Shown: positions 11,701-21,805 of the stretch, piece after piece
How the letters are laid out: each line of letters opens with the position of its first letter
Numbering within the stretch: the stretch's first letter is position 1
NCBI GenBank assembly: GCA_965644315.1
Contig: CBFFRQ010000077.1
Span: 1-64,000 of the forward strand
Length of the DNA stretch: 64,000 nt
Source of the DNA: Caecitellus pseudoparvulus
Taxonomy: Eukaryota; Protista; Bigyra: Bicosoecida
Reading direction: 5' to 3'
Position numbers and translations under genes: made by a program
The notes under the pieces: generated by a model
What the model saw: the letters and a program-made list of their open reading frames with translations, nothing else
The model's database searches: none
Told to the model about the DNA's origin: nothing

Positions 11701-14202
11701 GAAGCGACGGCCCCCCATGGACACGACGGCGCGCACACCCGGCGCGGAGTGTTCTGCCAGCGCCACGTTCTTGCGCTGGAACAGGCAGTACAGGCTCACG
11801 TGCTGGCTGGCATACCCCACGGCGGCAAGGTGACCAGGCATCTCTGCCATGGACAGGATGGTGGGCTTCACATCCCCCACTGTCCGGCGGTGGGCGGGCC
11901 AGTTCCACTCCACCAGCTTGCCGGTGCGCGTGGCGGCCATGAACTTGCCGTTGGGCAGTGCCAGGGAGGCAGAGTAAGACCCCACGTTCTTGGCTGCCAC
12001 GCACATGGGTGACGACTCGATCGGGACGCCACCGCCCCCGCCTTTCCCAGCAGCCTTCGCTGTGGCCGACTCCAGCTTCGCCCGGGTCTTCTCGTCCAGC
12101 GCCTCACAGTACCGCTGCAGGAGGGCTCGCAGACCGGCCCCCTTCGCCCGCTCTGTGCGGCGGAAGGCTAGGAGGGACTGCCCTGCCGCGAGCAACTTGC
12201 GGAAGGCAGTGGCTGCCGCAGCCTTGGGGTATGGCAGCACGGGCAGCAGCTGCGGCTCAGCAGCGGCCTCCTTCGCATCATCACCGCTCTTTTCCTCCGC
12301 CCCTGCGCCGTCTGCCTTCTCCTCAGCTGCTGCGCCACCTGACTCCTCCTCAGCGGCAGCACTGGCTGGCGCTGGCGCAGGCGCCTTGCGCTCGCCACCA
12401 CACTTGAGAGCGGCAACGTGCACTTTCAGGACCGCCTCGGTCGCCGCCACCCACACATCCCGGTTCACGAGAGATGAGGGCTTAAAGCCGTACATGTCGT
12501 CGTCGCCCTCTCCTTCAGCCATGAGAGCCTGCAGGGTGTTGATCAAGGCTACCGGCGGGCGCTTCTCAGCCAGCTCCACGAGCTCCGCGTCCGGCACGGC
12601 GCCCTCCACACTGCCACTCAGCGCAGCACTGCACGCCGTCTCGCTGCCCACTGAGCTGAACAACTCGAACAGCTCCTCAAGCTTGTCACCCGTCTCGATA
12701 TCAGCCAAGCCAGGCAAGGCGGCTTGCCCCTCTTTGAAGCCGGCCAGGGGCTCATCCTGAAACGTCGTGTCGAACTTGGTGTCGGCGGCGGCGAAGGAGT
12801 TGTCCACCGTGGACAGTGCCTGGGTGGCGGTGGAGGCGTCTCCCCCCACCATGCTGAACTGGCTCAGCAGCTGGCTGTAGCTGGGGCGCAGGAACCACAA
12901 GGCCTGCATACAGCCGATCTGCGTGCGCTGCTTCTCAGACGCCAGGCAGCCAGCAACACGGTGCAGCACGGCACCCACAAGGGAAGGGTCGCTCTGCCCC
13001 ATGCCCTGCAGCTCTACCTTGGACTCGCTTGGCAGGGCCTGGAAGCGCTCGTCGCTGTGCCGGGCCATGGCCTCCACACCCTCCCGCACCCGGGCGCCCA
13101 GCAGCGGCATGAGCTTGAACGTCGCCATGATGCCCGCCTCGACGCAGGGAACTTCACGACTCGTCAGATTAGCAGTGGCTTGCAGCAGGCGGTACGTGGC
13201 TTCCACGGCAGCCGCAACATGCCCGCCCAGTGCGCCCAGCTTGGACAGAGTCTCCATGTCCTGCCCCGCCGCCAGCACGCCCGGCACAAACACTTCAGGT
13301 GCTACAGCTGGTGCCATTTCATCGGCGGCACTCGCCTCATCTTCCTCCTTGGCCTCGCGGGCCAGAGACGGCGTCTTGCTGAGCGCAGTGCCGAACTCTG
13401 CCACGGCAGAAAAAGCAGAGCGCAAGTGCTTCAGCGCAGACTCCCAATGCTGCAAGAGGCGGAGCAAGGACGCAGAAGCTGCGCCACTGCACGCAATCTG
13501 CTTGTACGCCTGCACCACGGCCAGTGTCGGGTCGGCAGCGTCCACCCAGGAGGCCTGCTCCACCAGGGTCAGCGGCTCGCACGCCAGGGGGGCCCGAGGA
13601 CTGCCCAGCACGGAGGGGCTGCCCACCTCCTCAGGCATGTGCATGTGAGAGGGTAACAAAGTTTCAATGGCAGCAGCAGCTGCGACGGCAACCTTGTTCA
13701 GGTCAGCCAGTGTCTGCAGGGGCAGCATGCCCACTGACAGCAGCTTGCTCCCGAGGTGAATCAAGGGTGTCCTTGCCTTCGAGAAGTCTACGCCCTTGGG
13801 TCCAGTGTGTACCTTCTGGGCAAGGTTCTCCAGCGCCTGAGCTGCTTTGGCGAACCCATCGCCTTGCAAGGCCTTTGACGCCCGAGACTCGGTGCCGATC
13901 ACTGCCAGCGTCGCTGGTGCCTGCTCCGCGTGACGGCGCAAAATGCCCGCGAGCGCAGGCAGGACGGACTGGGCCAGGAGGGAGCGCAAGGAAGTAGAGA
14001 GCTCCTCTGCAGCTTCGTCGTACCTCAGTAACTCATCCATCACATCCACCAGGAGGCTCAGCAAGGTGCTGGCAGCGCCTCGCTGCACAGTCACGCCCTG
14101 CCGACCAGAGAACCTGTTCTCCAACAAGGCTGCCGAGCCGACGCTGTCCAGCACACGTGCCAAATCCTGCACTACACGGTCGGCGTACAACCGCTCCGTC
14201 AT
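8713..14202 (-). CDS. Large (~1830 aa) protein: helical N-terminus, WD40 repeats and eight KEG/HERC2-type (Mib-HERC2/SH3-like) repeats
   Basis: Repeats such as VGDRVRVKxxxxKPxxGWGxVxHxxxGxV..W...ELE. WD repeats GH...DGxVRVWD. Start codon uncertain; MTERLY at 14202 chosen. Confidence 0.8.
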   Translation of the reverse strand: MTERLYADRVVQDLARVLDSVGSAALLENRFSGRQGVTVQRGAASTLLSLLVDVMDELLRYDEAAEELSTSLRSLLAQSVLPALAGILRRHAEQAPATLAVIGTESRASKALQGDGFAKAAQALENLAQKVHTGPKGVDFSKARTPLIHLGSKLLSVGMLPLQTLADLNKVAVAAAAAIETLLPSHMHMPEEVGSPSVLGSPRAPLACEPLTLVEQASWVDAADPTLAVVQAYKQIACSGAASASLLRLLQHWESALKHLRSAFSAVAEFGTALSKTPSLAREAKEEDEASAADEMAPAVAPEVFVPGVLAAGQDMETLSKLGALGGHVAAAVEATYRLLQATANLTSREVPCVEAGIMATFKLMPLLGARVREGVEAMARHSDERFQALPSESKVELQGMGQSDPSLVGAVLHRVAGCLASEKQRTQIGCMQALWFLRPSYSQLLSQFSMVGGDASTATQALSTVDNSFAAADTKFDTTFQDEPLAGFKEGQAALPGLADIETGDKLEELFELFSSVGSETACSAALSGSVEGAVPDAELVELAEKRPPVALINTLQALMAEGEGDDDMYGFKPSSLVNRDVWVAATEAVLKVHVAALKCGGERKAPAPAPASAAAEEESGGAAAEEKADGAGAEEKSGDDAKEAAAEPQLLPVLPYPKAAAATAFRKLLAAGQSLLAFRRTERAKGAGLRALLQRYCEALDEKTRAKLESATAKAAGKGGGGGVPIESSPMCVAAKNVGSYSASLALPNGKFMAATRTGKLVEWNWPAHRRTVGDVKPTILSMAEMPGHLAAVGYASQHVSLYCLFQRKNVALAEHSAPGVRAVVSMGGRRFASGSSDGVVRVWKAVVKDEHGAEVAAGGQGTSGGPIGQFVEGDLVRLRAQVFQPRFGFNGVTHSEVGTVAKVVTSSKLIVNFPSNPQCPASAPELEHCDEKLLKIGDKVRVKDSIEKPSYGWGSVKHKMVGVVVKLDSSTSVRVDFADQQGWICKSEEMERVVDGVFTVGDRVRLKSSVAECTYGFGGATHQMCGTVRSVDPEKNLLKIDWDNAQQGWSGDWGELEHADRHLMPGDLLRVKPGIEKPRFGWGKVKAGHSGVMTQWLRDNNKVKVDFPAQQGWSADETEMQRLAAGVLQVDDYVRVKASVVEPSRGWGGTSRGDVGQVVKVDSGVVTVKFPAMADWEGDVGELEHVSTAGFNVGDIVQTVCETPKFGWGAVKKGDIGSISKLAGNDKVYCRFRAQSGWAAATSDLKVVLDRPFEAGDRVRVHPNLLKPSRGWGAVSHGDVGTVVEASGDEVTVKFWGHQRWVGLTHELQLVISEDFEVGDRVTVRGDVEKPKHGWGSVGHGEIGVVKKLDDSDKMVVDMSTQSGWSAHGPDMQRITHGVNEGGAWRVAAEREAAARQAATKRTTTIEAVDQLEGHGAPIVALAMLEEGSLVSADEAGAMRVWNVSDGSCSKVLPAEHPGAAPLCLAALSSGKLAAGCADGIVRVWDMQRGQVERMLLGHGERVLSAGELQDGRLVTGGADGEVRVWSVRDGSCSLQFVGHRRPVTTVATLPGGKLVTTAKRDVRVWDVAAAGFTGSAKRRSRGGKWSDEQVAGVDAARAALLTYISVVFHDECRSDPAMRMLAHTAVWTAAQWQTALRSGGVAAWQTEVFQLLQRLGSSAATVRTSGDMASGDVEMFELLVVLQDLLVALEPDALPRPSSRSPGTSKRSRSAMRSLPPAREVDVGFSALVTAAGSAFTAKVVADGTIQIIAAGTGEGAATQGALADIVEAFKAELTKLGLWEGDDFALDATGREATLALTEGQEAHMETVLGVLQGADPDGLCTIQ

Positions 14203-14764
14203 GTTGGCGGGATAGGAGGAGGTCCAGGCCTGGGAAGCGTCGGGAGTTGCGCTGGCGTTTCGCACGCAATGAGCGACTGCAACCACTCGCACAGCCAGGA
14301 ATGTTAGGGAGCGAAGCAAGCAGGATAATGCAAACAAGGTCTGCAAGGTGGTGAGTCCACCCCCTGTTGTTGAGAAACGCGATTTTGCCAGAAACCTGGA
14401 CTTGCGCGAACGCGGCAACTGCCGACCGAACTTGCGGCAGCAACCACGCCACCTGTGCGGCTTACAGGACTCCTTAGACAGAAAAATAGGACTGTATTGC
14501 TTTGGTGGGCTTGTGGGGCTGTCCCTGATAGCCCGCTTGTGCTGACAGGCTCAAGCGTCGCAAGACGAGCGGGAAGAGTGTCATCCGCGTCGCTGGCGAC
14601 ATGGTCACTGCGAAACTGCACAGGCGCGATACGCATGCATTCCATGCAAAGCGCTGTGGACCTCAAGTTCTTCTACATTAAACTTCCTGCCAGGTGCTCT
14701 CAGCACCTTGCGCAAAACACTGCGGTGGCACAAACGTATGGCACACGTGCTTGCCTTGAGCACA

Positions 14765-15559
14765 TCAGCCACTGCGCTTGATGCTGACCTTCATGGTCCG
14801 CTTCCCTTTGGGCTTTGCCTTCCGGGCTGTCCCCGCGCTCTTACCCAACACAAGACGCGCTGGTGCAGCCTGGGCTGGGCTTGGCGCCTGCGCTGCCGTG
14901 CTTTGCAAGGCAGAAAGCAAACTCTGCCCAGCCTCGGCTGCCGCGAGGGCAGCCTCCGCTGTAGCCCCGGAGCGATCCACCAGTTTCCCGTGCGCCCCCA
15001 GCTTGGCCATGCGCGCCACACACTCCTGCAGTCCGTCAGGTAGCTCTCTTCGCGCCTGCAGGGCAGAAGCCAGCCAGTGCAGCGGCGTGGCGCCCGATGC
15101 AGCTGTGCCGGCACAGACACTGCTGCGCTGCAGTGCGGCGTCCTCCAGCTGTTCTGCAGTGTCCAGTAGCGCCTGCATCGCCGCCACGTTCAGCTCAGCA
15201 GCAGCATGGTGCATGGGCACGATGCCCTGTGCGTCGGCCGCACTGACGCCAGCCGGCCAGGCTCCCAGCAATGCGGCGATGAGCGGCGTCGGGGCGCTAG
15301 AGGAAACCGCCACATGCAGTGCACTCCTACCGTGAGGGTCCAGCGCGCTGGCAGGACTTCCCAGGGCGAGCAGTTGCTCCGCGGCAGTCGTGCTACCAGC
15401 CTTGCAAGCCAGGTGCAGGAGCGTTGAGCCCTCCTCGTCCACGGCGGCCAGCAACTCGGCAGCGCTAGTCGCATGCTGAACTTGGGCACAGAGGGTGTCC
15501 CACTCCCCAGCTTGTGCTGCGGCCACTAGTGCTGCAGGTAGGCTGCTTGTGGCTGCCAT
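14765..15559 (-). CDS. Small ankyrin repeat protein
   Basis: GSTLLHLACKAG, GRSALHVAV, GIVPMHHAA and GATPLHWLA, with a basic C-terminal tail. Confidence 0.85.
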   Translation of the reverse strand: MAATSSLPAALVAAAQAGEWDTLCAQVQHATSAAELLAAVDEEGSTLLHLACKAGSTTAAEQLLALGSPASALDPHGRSALHVAVSSSAPTPLIAALLGAWPAGVSAADAQGIVPMHHAAAELNVAAMQALLDTAEQLEDAALQRSSVCAGTAASGATPLHWLASALQARRELPDGLQECVARMAKLGAHGKLVDRSGATAEAALAAAEAGQSLLSALQSTAAQAPSPAQAAPARLVLGKSAGTARKAKPKGKRTMKVSIKRSG

Positions 15560-16061
15560 GACGCCAGCCGCGTCTGCGGAAATTGCAAGCACGTCAGCGG
15601 CAGCACTCCGATCCTTGCAAGGGAAAGAGGGGCGGGGCCAGGAAGTGGGCGAAGGCTTGGATAATGGTTTCGCTTCGTGGTAATGAAGAAAATGTTGCTT
15701 GAGGCGTGGATCTGTCACATGGGCAACTGGCGACCGTGCTTGGCGGTGGCCGAGAGCTTTGGCCTGGTCTGCATGCCCCGCGCATCCTGCAGGTCACAGC
15801 GCCGCCAAGGCTTTGCCGGAGAATCCCATCCATTGAAGATCTCTGGATCTTCAGCATTCTTGCCCTTGTCCTGCGACTTGGGGCTTTGTCTACCTCTGTC
15901 ACGTGACAAGTAGCAAATACTGATTGAGACAAACACAAGTCAAACGACATACACGGTGACCCGAGACACAGCGACTACCCTTGACTTCATATCCCGAGAT
16001 GGTGCTTCATGTAGCATGAAACTTGCATTTGGCGGGCACTCTGCCTTTCTTGCCAGCCGCG

Positions 16062-19000
16062 TCACCTTGCCAGTGCCTTAGCAATGTGTGCGACGTGGTC
16101 CACCACCACGCCGTGCACGCCAGCGGCGACCTGCACCGCCACGGCCGCCGCGTCATTGTTCCGCTTGCCGTACGTGAACAGGAGCAGGTCGGCACCCAGG
16201 GCAGATGCGACGACACGTGGGCTGCGCACAGCCACGTCGCACTCAGACACCACCCCTGCCAGGCTGTGGGCTGAGGCAAACTTGACGGCGGCACGCAGAC
16301 TGTTGCGGCGGGGGTCAGCACACAGCGCCGTGCCGGCCTCAGTGAGCAGCAGGACGGGGAAGGCTGCCTGCTTGTGCGCCAGGAGCCAGCAGACGTCGGG
16401 GTCGAAGGAAGAAAAGAACACCTTGCGCCCCTTCGCCTCCCGCATGGTCACTGCGAGGATGGTGTCCACGTACCCGCCCCGGTCCACGACCCGCACGCCC
16501 ACCTCCTGCAGCTCCTCCGCTGAAGGGTACTTCACCTCCACATCAAAGCCAGTGCTGGGCGGCACGTGCTGGAACACCTGTGCCAGCGTCACTGCCGAGT
16601 CCATGAGGCCAGAGCGCCACTGGGAGGCGGTGTGGTGCCGCGTGGCATCCACACCAAGCGCAGCCAGCTTGTGCTTCACCTCTGGGCGAGGGTGGCTGCG
16701 GGCGCTATCCGAGTCCCAGGAGTCGGCACGGTCCACGGGCGCCCCTGCAGGGGCTGGTCCCTTGGCTCCGCCTGTGATCTCCATCAGCTGGGCGGCAGTC
16801 AGCGCCGTGATGGGCACTTTCAAGCTGGTGCCGGGCACCTTCACGAGGAGGTCATGGTGCACCACTGGCACGCCGTCGGATGACAGCTGCACGTCGAACT
16901 CGACGAACGACGCCCCGGCAGCAGAAGCTGCGGAGAAACTCAGCAGCGAATTCTCCGCGACGTGAGTCCGCCGCACGGACCCCTCTGCCGTCTCCAAGGG
17001 GGCAGCTGCTGAGTCGGCACCCGCACCTCGATGCCCCACCAGCACCGGCCCAGGCAGCCCTGGCGTGATGAGGGGGCTAGCGGGCGGCTGCAAGTGCTGG
17101 GCGGGGCCAGAGAGCAGGAAGCGAACGCAGGCCGTGCCCACCACCTGACCACCCTGCCCTGGCGCCTGCAGTGTCAGCATGGTCTGCCCCTCGCTGCGGG
17201 GAATGTCAGGCAGGGCCAGCTCCCCGCCACACGCCCCCGAGGTGGCGCTGGATCGCCACAGCATGGCTGCGGGCAGGTGCGCAGTGGCCACCTCCCGCCC
17301 CGCAGGCGTCGTCACACGCACCTGCAAGCTGCCGCCAGCACACACGGCACCGCAGCCAAGGTCGAAGCTGACGCTCATGTCCATCTCATCCTGCGTGCGG
17401 GCGATGTCTTGCGCGGAAGCAGCGATCCACTTGCCCTGGATGCGCTTGCTGCCGCCACACTTGAACTGGGCCAGCGCGACGCGAGAGTGGACGCCAGTGT
17501 CAGTGGGCGCCAGGGGCGGCGGAGGCGCGTCAAAGTACGCCGTGGCACGCGGCACTTCAAAACGAGGCGACAGCGTGACAGGCGTGACGGCGCTCGTTTC
17601 GTGCTTGGTTTGCTGCCACGTGTCGTGCAGTACGCCGCGTAGGGTCTGTGGGGACACAGGGCGCGCCCGCCCAGCTCCCAGCCCAGCAGCGCGCGCCTGC
17701 CCGCTCTCACTCCACCCCAACTGCACGAACAGGCGCTTAGGCAAGTCCTCGGCACCATCAGCGTGCAGGCACAGCGCCGGCTCTGCAGGTGTGCCCTCGT
17801 GCAGCTGCCAGCCGCCCAAGGACACTCGCAGACACCAGTTCCCACGCTCTGGCTCACGCCGCTGAGAGCCAGCTGTCTGCAGCGTGTCTGTCCGCGGCCG
17901 GCGCGCGGTGGGACTGGGCGGGGGGGAGCAGACCTCCGCCTCCTCATGCAGTGGCCGGCCATGCTCCAGACACCAGGCCTCGATGACCCGTGCGCAGGCA
18001 GTGTGGCCACGGTACAGACTGCGGCCCAGCGCACTCCAGCCACGGAAGTCACGGTCCAGCGGACACGCACCGGCCTGCAGCAGCGCCTGCAGCCCCGCGA
18101 CAAACCCCCCATCAACTGCAAGCACTGTGGCCAAGTGCCAGGGCGCCGCCCAGGCAGGCAGCAGAGCACGACTCTCACTCCCGGGCATGGTGGCTTGCAG
18201 ACACCGTGATGCGTCAGGCAGCTCCAGCAGCGCTTGCAGGGCCTCCAAGTGCCCACCCAGCACGGCCAGGTGCACCGACGTCTGTCCGTGGCAGTTCAGC
18301 AGCCACGGCACGGCACCCCGTGAGCCGAGCACGCGGATGCACTGCGCCATGCCTCGGTGGGCGGCCCAGTGTAGGGGCGTATTACGGTGGGACCCCACCC
18401 GCAGGCGCAGAATGCACCCGACAAGGCTGCCGTCTCCCAGCCGCGCCACACCGCTGAAGCCGCAGCGCTCGTCCACCCCCCGCAGCCAGTCCAACAGCTC
18501 GCTAAGCACATCCGCCTGCCCAGCGTCAGCGGCGCCGTGCACAGCACACCACAACACGTCGTCCTCCAGCAACATGCCCTCGAAGGCGTCTGCGTCCAGC
18601 GAGTCTGGGCGCTGGGCGGCGTGTGCTGCAAACAGCGTCCCCGACAACGCAGCCCACACCCGCTGCACTCGATCCCCGGGAGAGCCGGTGTCCATGTCAA
18701 CGGCCTCCAGGTCAGTGTCCAGGTGCTGCAGCAACGCACGCAGACACGCCACCTGTCCATGCACCGCGGCCATGTGCAGCGGGGACTGTGCGCTGCCCTC
18801 ACTGGCGGCCTGGGTCGCCCCAGCGGCCAGCATGCTGCACAGCGCCTCCACCTGCCCCGTGGCGCTGGCGATGCTCAGTGCGTCGTAGCGCCCTGACCGA
18901 GACAGCTCAGGCGCCATGCGGGTGATGGCAGCCACCGTGCTGGCGTTGCCGTGCACAGCAGCAGTCTCCAGCGCATTCAGCCCGAAGGCGTTGACCAGGT

Positions 19001-19866
19001 GCAGGGGGGTTCGCCCCAGGTGTGCCAGATCCTCCAACTGCCCCGCCCGCCCCACTGCCGCGACGCTGTGCAGGAGGGCGGACGCCTGGTGGGGCGGCAC
19101 AGTCCACGTCCCCGACCGCAGTCGAGCCAAGGCCCCTGCCACGCCCAGGCCCGAGGGCTTCCCTGCGCCCTTGCATGCCTGCAACACCTCCTCACACCAC
19201 GCCTCGGCAGCTGGCAGCGAGTATCGTTGGAGAGTGCCCATGCCAGCTGCCTGCTCCACGGCCAGCACGCAGGCCTGTGCCGTGTGCTCTGCATCCGCCA
19301 GCACGCTGCCCCCCTGTGCGTTGGCGTGCTCGCGAATGGCACAGGCGAAGCCACGCAGGTTCAGCGCCACGAACGCCGCCAGCTCCCGCACCTGCTGCAG
19401 CACACGCTCGCACACGAAGCGGCAACTGGCCAAGGCGGAGACATCCACGACTGCACTGCCCTCTGGTGCCGTCAGCGCCGCCGCAGCACCGCCTGAGCCA
19501 GTGCCAGGCGCTGCCCAGCTGCTGTGGGCGAGGCCAGCGGCGCCAGCAGCCGCTTCGGCGCAAGTCAGAACCTCGGCACACTCCTCGTACTGCTGCACAG
19601 CCCAGGCGTCCACACGGGAGAACTCTTCCACTAGCACTTGTAGGAAACTACTTTCTCCATCCTCTAGATCTGGCGCCAACGCTGCAGCCTTCAAACCTGT
19701 AGGTGCGTGGTGAGCGGCGCAAGATGCGGCGAATGGTCCCCCCAGCGGCGATACTCGCCCTGCACGCACGAGGGTATGACAAGCAGTGAGCAGCCCACTC
19801 GAACTTGACTTTGAACCGCAACTTGGTGCCCAACATGCGCTCTGCACTGGAACCCTCGGCAGCCAT
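16062..19866 (-). CDS. SPX-ankyrin-glycerophosphodiester phosphodiesterase (Gde1-like); intron 19697-19769
   Basis: Spliced N-terminus ..FEWAAHCLSYPRLK..FLQVLVEEFSRVD (SPX-like). Ankyrin repeats SPLHMAA and TPLHWAA. GDPD motifs GHRG, ENSLLSF, EFDVQL..DGVPVVHHD, EVKYP and FSSFDPD. Alternative start at 19836. Confidence 0.88.
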
Positions 19867-20213
19867 CCCGGCTCGCAATGCACTGGGCGCTCGGTGCTGT
19901 GTCGCTGGCAGCCGCGCTGAGCTTGGCTCGCTCAGTGCGCTGTCAAAATGAACAACACTGCAAGGAAAGTCTACACTGTGTGCTGGCTCAAATGTTTTGT
20001 TTTCTGTCCCTCACCGTGCAGTGCAGCCTGTACCTTGCCCGCTTGGTCGGCGCCGCCTTTTCCCTGCAACGCCGACGAAACGCCGCAGTGCACGCCAAGT
20101 CAGCCACACCGCTCACAGCAAGGCTAAGCAGACTGTTACCCGCGCGGAAAGCCTGCATTAAGACCAAAACAGCTCCCCGACCAGTCTTGCAAGCCCTCCT
20201 GCTGCTTGCAGCC

Positions 20214-21764
20214 ATGCCACGTGACACGTTGAGCTCGACGGAGCAGCCAAGCACTGCTGCCAACTCGTGCAGCGCAATCGCCAAGCTGCTGACGTCAGAC
20301 CTGCCGCTGGCGTGCTTCGCAATCCTGGTCATCCTCTCCACCATCTCCATCTGCCAATGGGACTCTGCAGCCGTGCCGGCGCTCCTCATCATCCAGCTCG
20401 CTGGCGCAAGCGTGCTTTACTGGGGTCACTTTCGCCACCGCCACGCCTTGACCTGGATGGATGCCCCTGCAGTGTCCCTGGTGCACTCGCAGGTCCTGCG
20501 GCACTTTGCCTTTGGCGCCCTGGTCGTCACCTTCCTCAGCTCCATCACAGAGGGCGCGCTCCTGGTGGCGTGGCTGGTGGGCCTCACCTTCCTCACAGGC
20601 CAGCCGCAGGCCGACCCCTCCGCCGTGCTCACCGCCGACACGCCCTCCGCGGCGCAGCCCATCTCTGCCTCCCTCATCGCCTCCCTCGCCTTCCTCGCCT
20701 TTGTCGTGGCGGGGGGCGTGGAGGAGGCAGGCAAGGCTTGGGCGGTGCGCTGCCACTGCCGGCGCGCGTGCAGCAGGTCGCAGGCGCCGACCGAGGGGCA
20801 GCAGGGCGCCACAGCTCCACAGCGAGGAGCAGGCCAGAGCCCACGGGGACCAGGTGCCCCGCCACCCCCCTCGCGCCCACTGCGGCCCCAGCCCATCGCT
20901 CAGCGCCTGCCAACGGACTGTGCCGTGCTGCAGCCACGACCACACGTGCCACGCGTCACAGTGGCCCTGTTCATCGCAGTGGCGGCGGGCTTCAGCACCG
21001 CCGAGAACATGGCGTACGTGTTCGGAGACCGCATCGCTCAGGCATCCTCAGACGCCCCTTCCAGCTCCACCGCCCTCTGGAGGGCACCCCACATGGCACC
21101 CTCTCCCCTGACCAACGGCCTGTGGCGCCACCTGCAGGCACCGCAGACGCCCACAGCAGCCTCCGCCGCCCCGCCGCCCCCCACAGCCAGCTGGGGCGAC
21201 AGGTGTCTGGGCATGGTGCTGTTCGCAGGCTCCCGCGCACTCCTCTCCCTGCCCCTGCACGTCATGTGTGCCATGCTATCGGCTTTTGCATTCCTGGAGG
21301 TGGACGTGGCAGTGGACGCACTGACGCTGGCTGGACAGGACACGGCGGCATTCAGCGGACCCTGGCCCTGGCTGCGCCGCATGTGGCCCGCCATCGCCCT
21401 ACACGGCACCTTTGACTTCCTGCTCATGGTGGGGGCGGCGGTCATGCCGGGGCGGGTGGGGGAGCTGACCAGCCTGCTCGTCAGCCTCGCCATTGCATGC
21501 GTCATGGTGGTGCTGGGCATCGCGCTCATTCGGTGGCGCTGGCGCAGTGTCAAGGCCATCGTGCAGGGCTTTGAACAGGCTGTGCCGGCCAGCGCAGGCA
21601 GCGCAGGGCAGGGCGAGTACGCGTCCTTGCTCACGGCAGCGGCGACAGCAGATGCAGCTGAAGAGGAAGACGATGCAGAGGCCTCGCCGACCGTGGACAT
21701 TGAGCTGGCGGGGCAGCATGGCGGCCTGCCGCGGGGCGAACCGCCAGCGTCGCCGCCATCGTGA
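20214..21764 (+). CDS. PrsW-family (M82) intramembrane protease
   Basis: Multi-TM protein with VEEAGK, GFSTAEN, RALLSLPLH and LHGTFD, the four PrsW motifs. Start uncertain (ORF is open from 19878). Confidence 0.8.
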   Translation: MPRDTLSSTEQPSTAANSCSAIAKLLTSDLPLACFAILVILSTISICQWDSAAVPALLIIQLAGASVLYWGHFRHRHALTWMDAPAVSLVHSQVLRHFAFGALVVTFLSSITEGALLVAWLVGLTFLTGQPQADPSAVLTADTPSAAQPISASLIASLAFLAFVVAGGVEEAGKAWAVRCHCRRACSRSQAPTEGQQGATAPQRGAGQSPRGPGAPPPPSRPLRPQPIAQRLPTDCAVLQPRPHVPRVTVALFIAVAAGFSTAENMAYVFGDRIAQASSDAPSSSTALWRAPHMAPSPLTNGLWRHLQAPQTPTAASAAPPPPTASWGDRCLGMVLFAGSRALLSLPLHVMCAMLSAFAFLEVDVAVDALTLAGQDTAAFSGPWPWLRRMWPAIALHGTFDFLLMVGAAVMPGRVGELTSLLVSLAIACVMVVLGIALIRWRWRSVKAIVQGFEQAVPASAGSAGQGEYASLLTAAATADAAEEEDDAEASPTVDIELAGQHGGLPRGEPPASPPS

Positions 21765-21805
21765 GTAGGCAGTGGTTCGCCCAGCCAGCCCCCCGTGCGC
21801 TCCTC

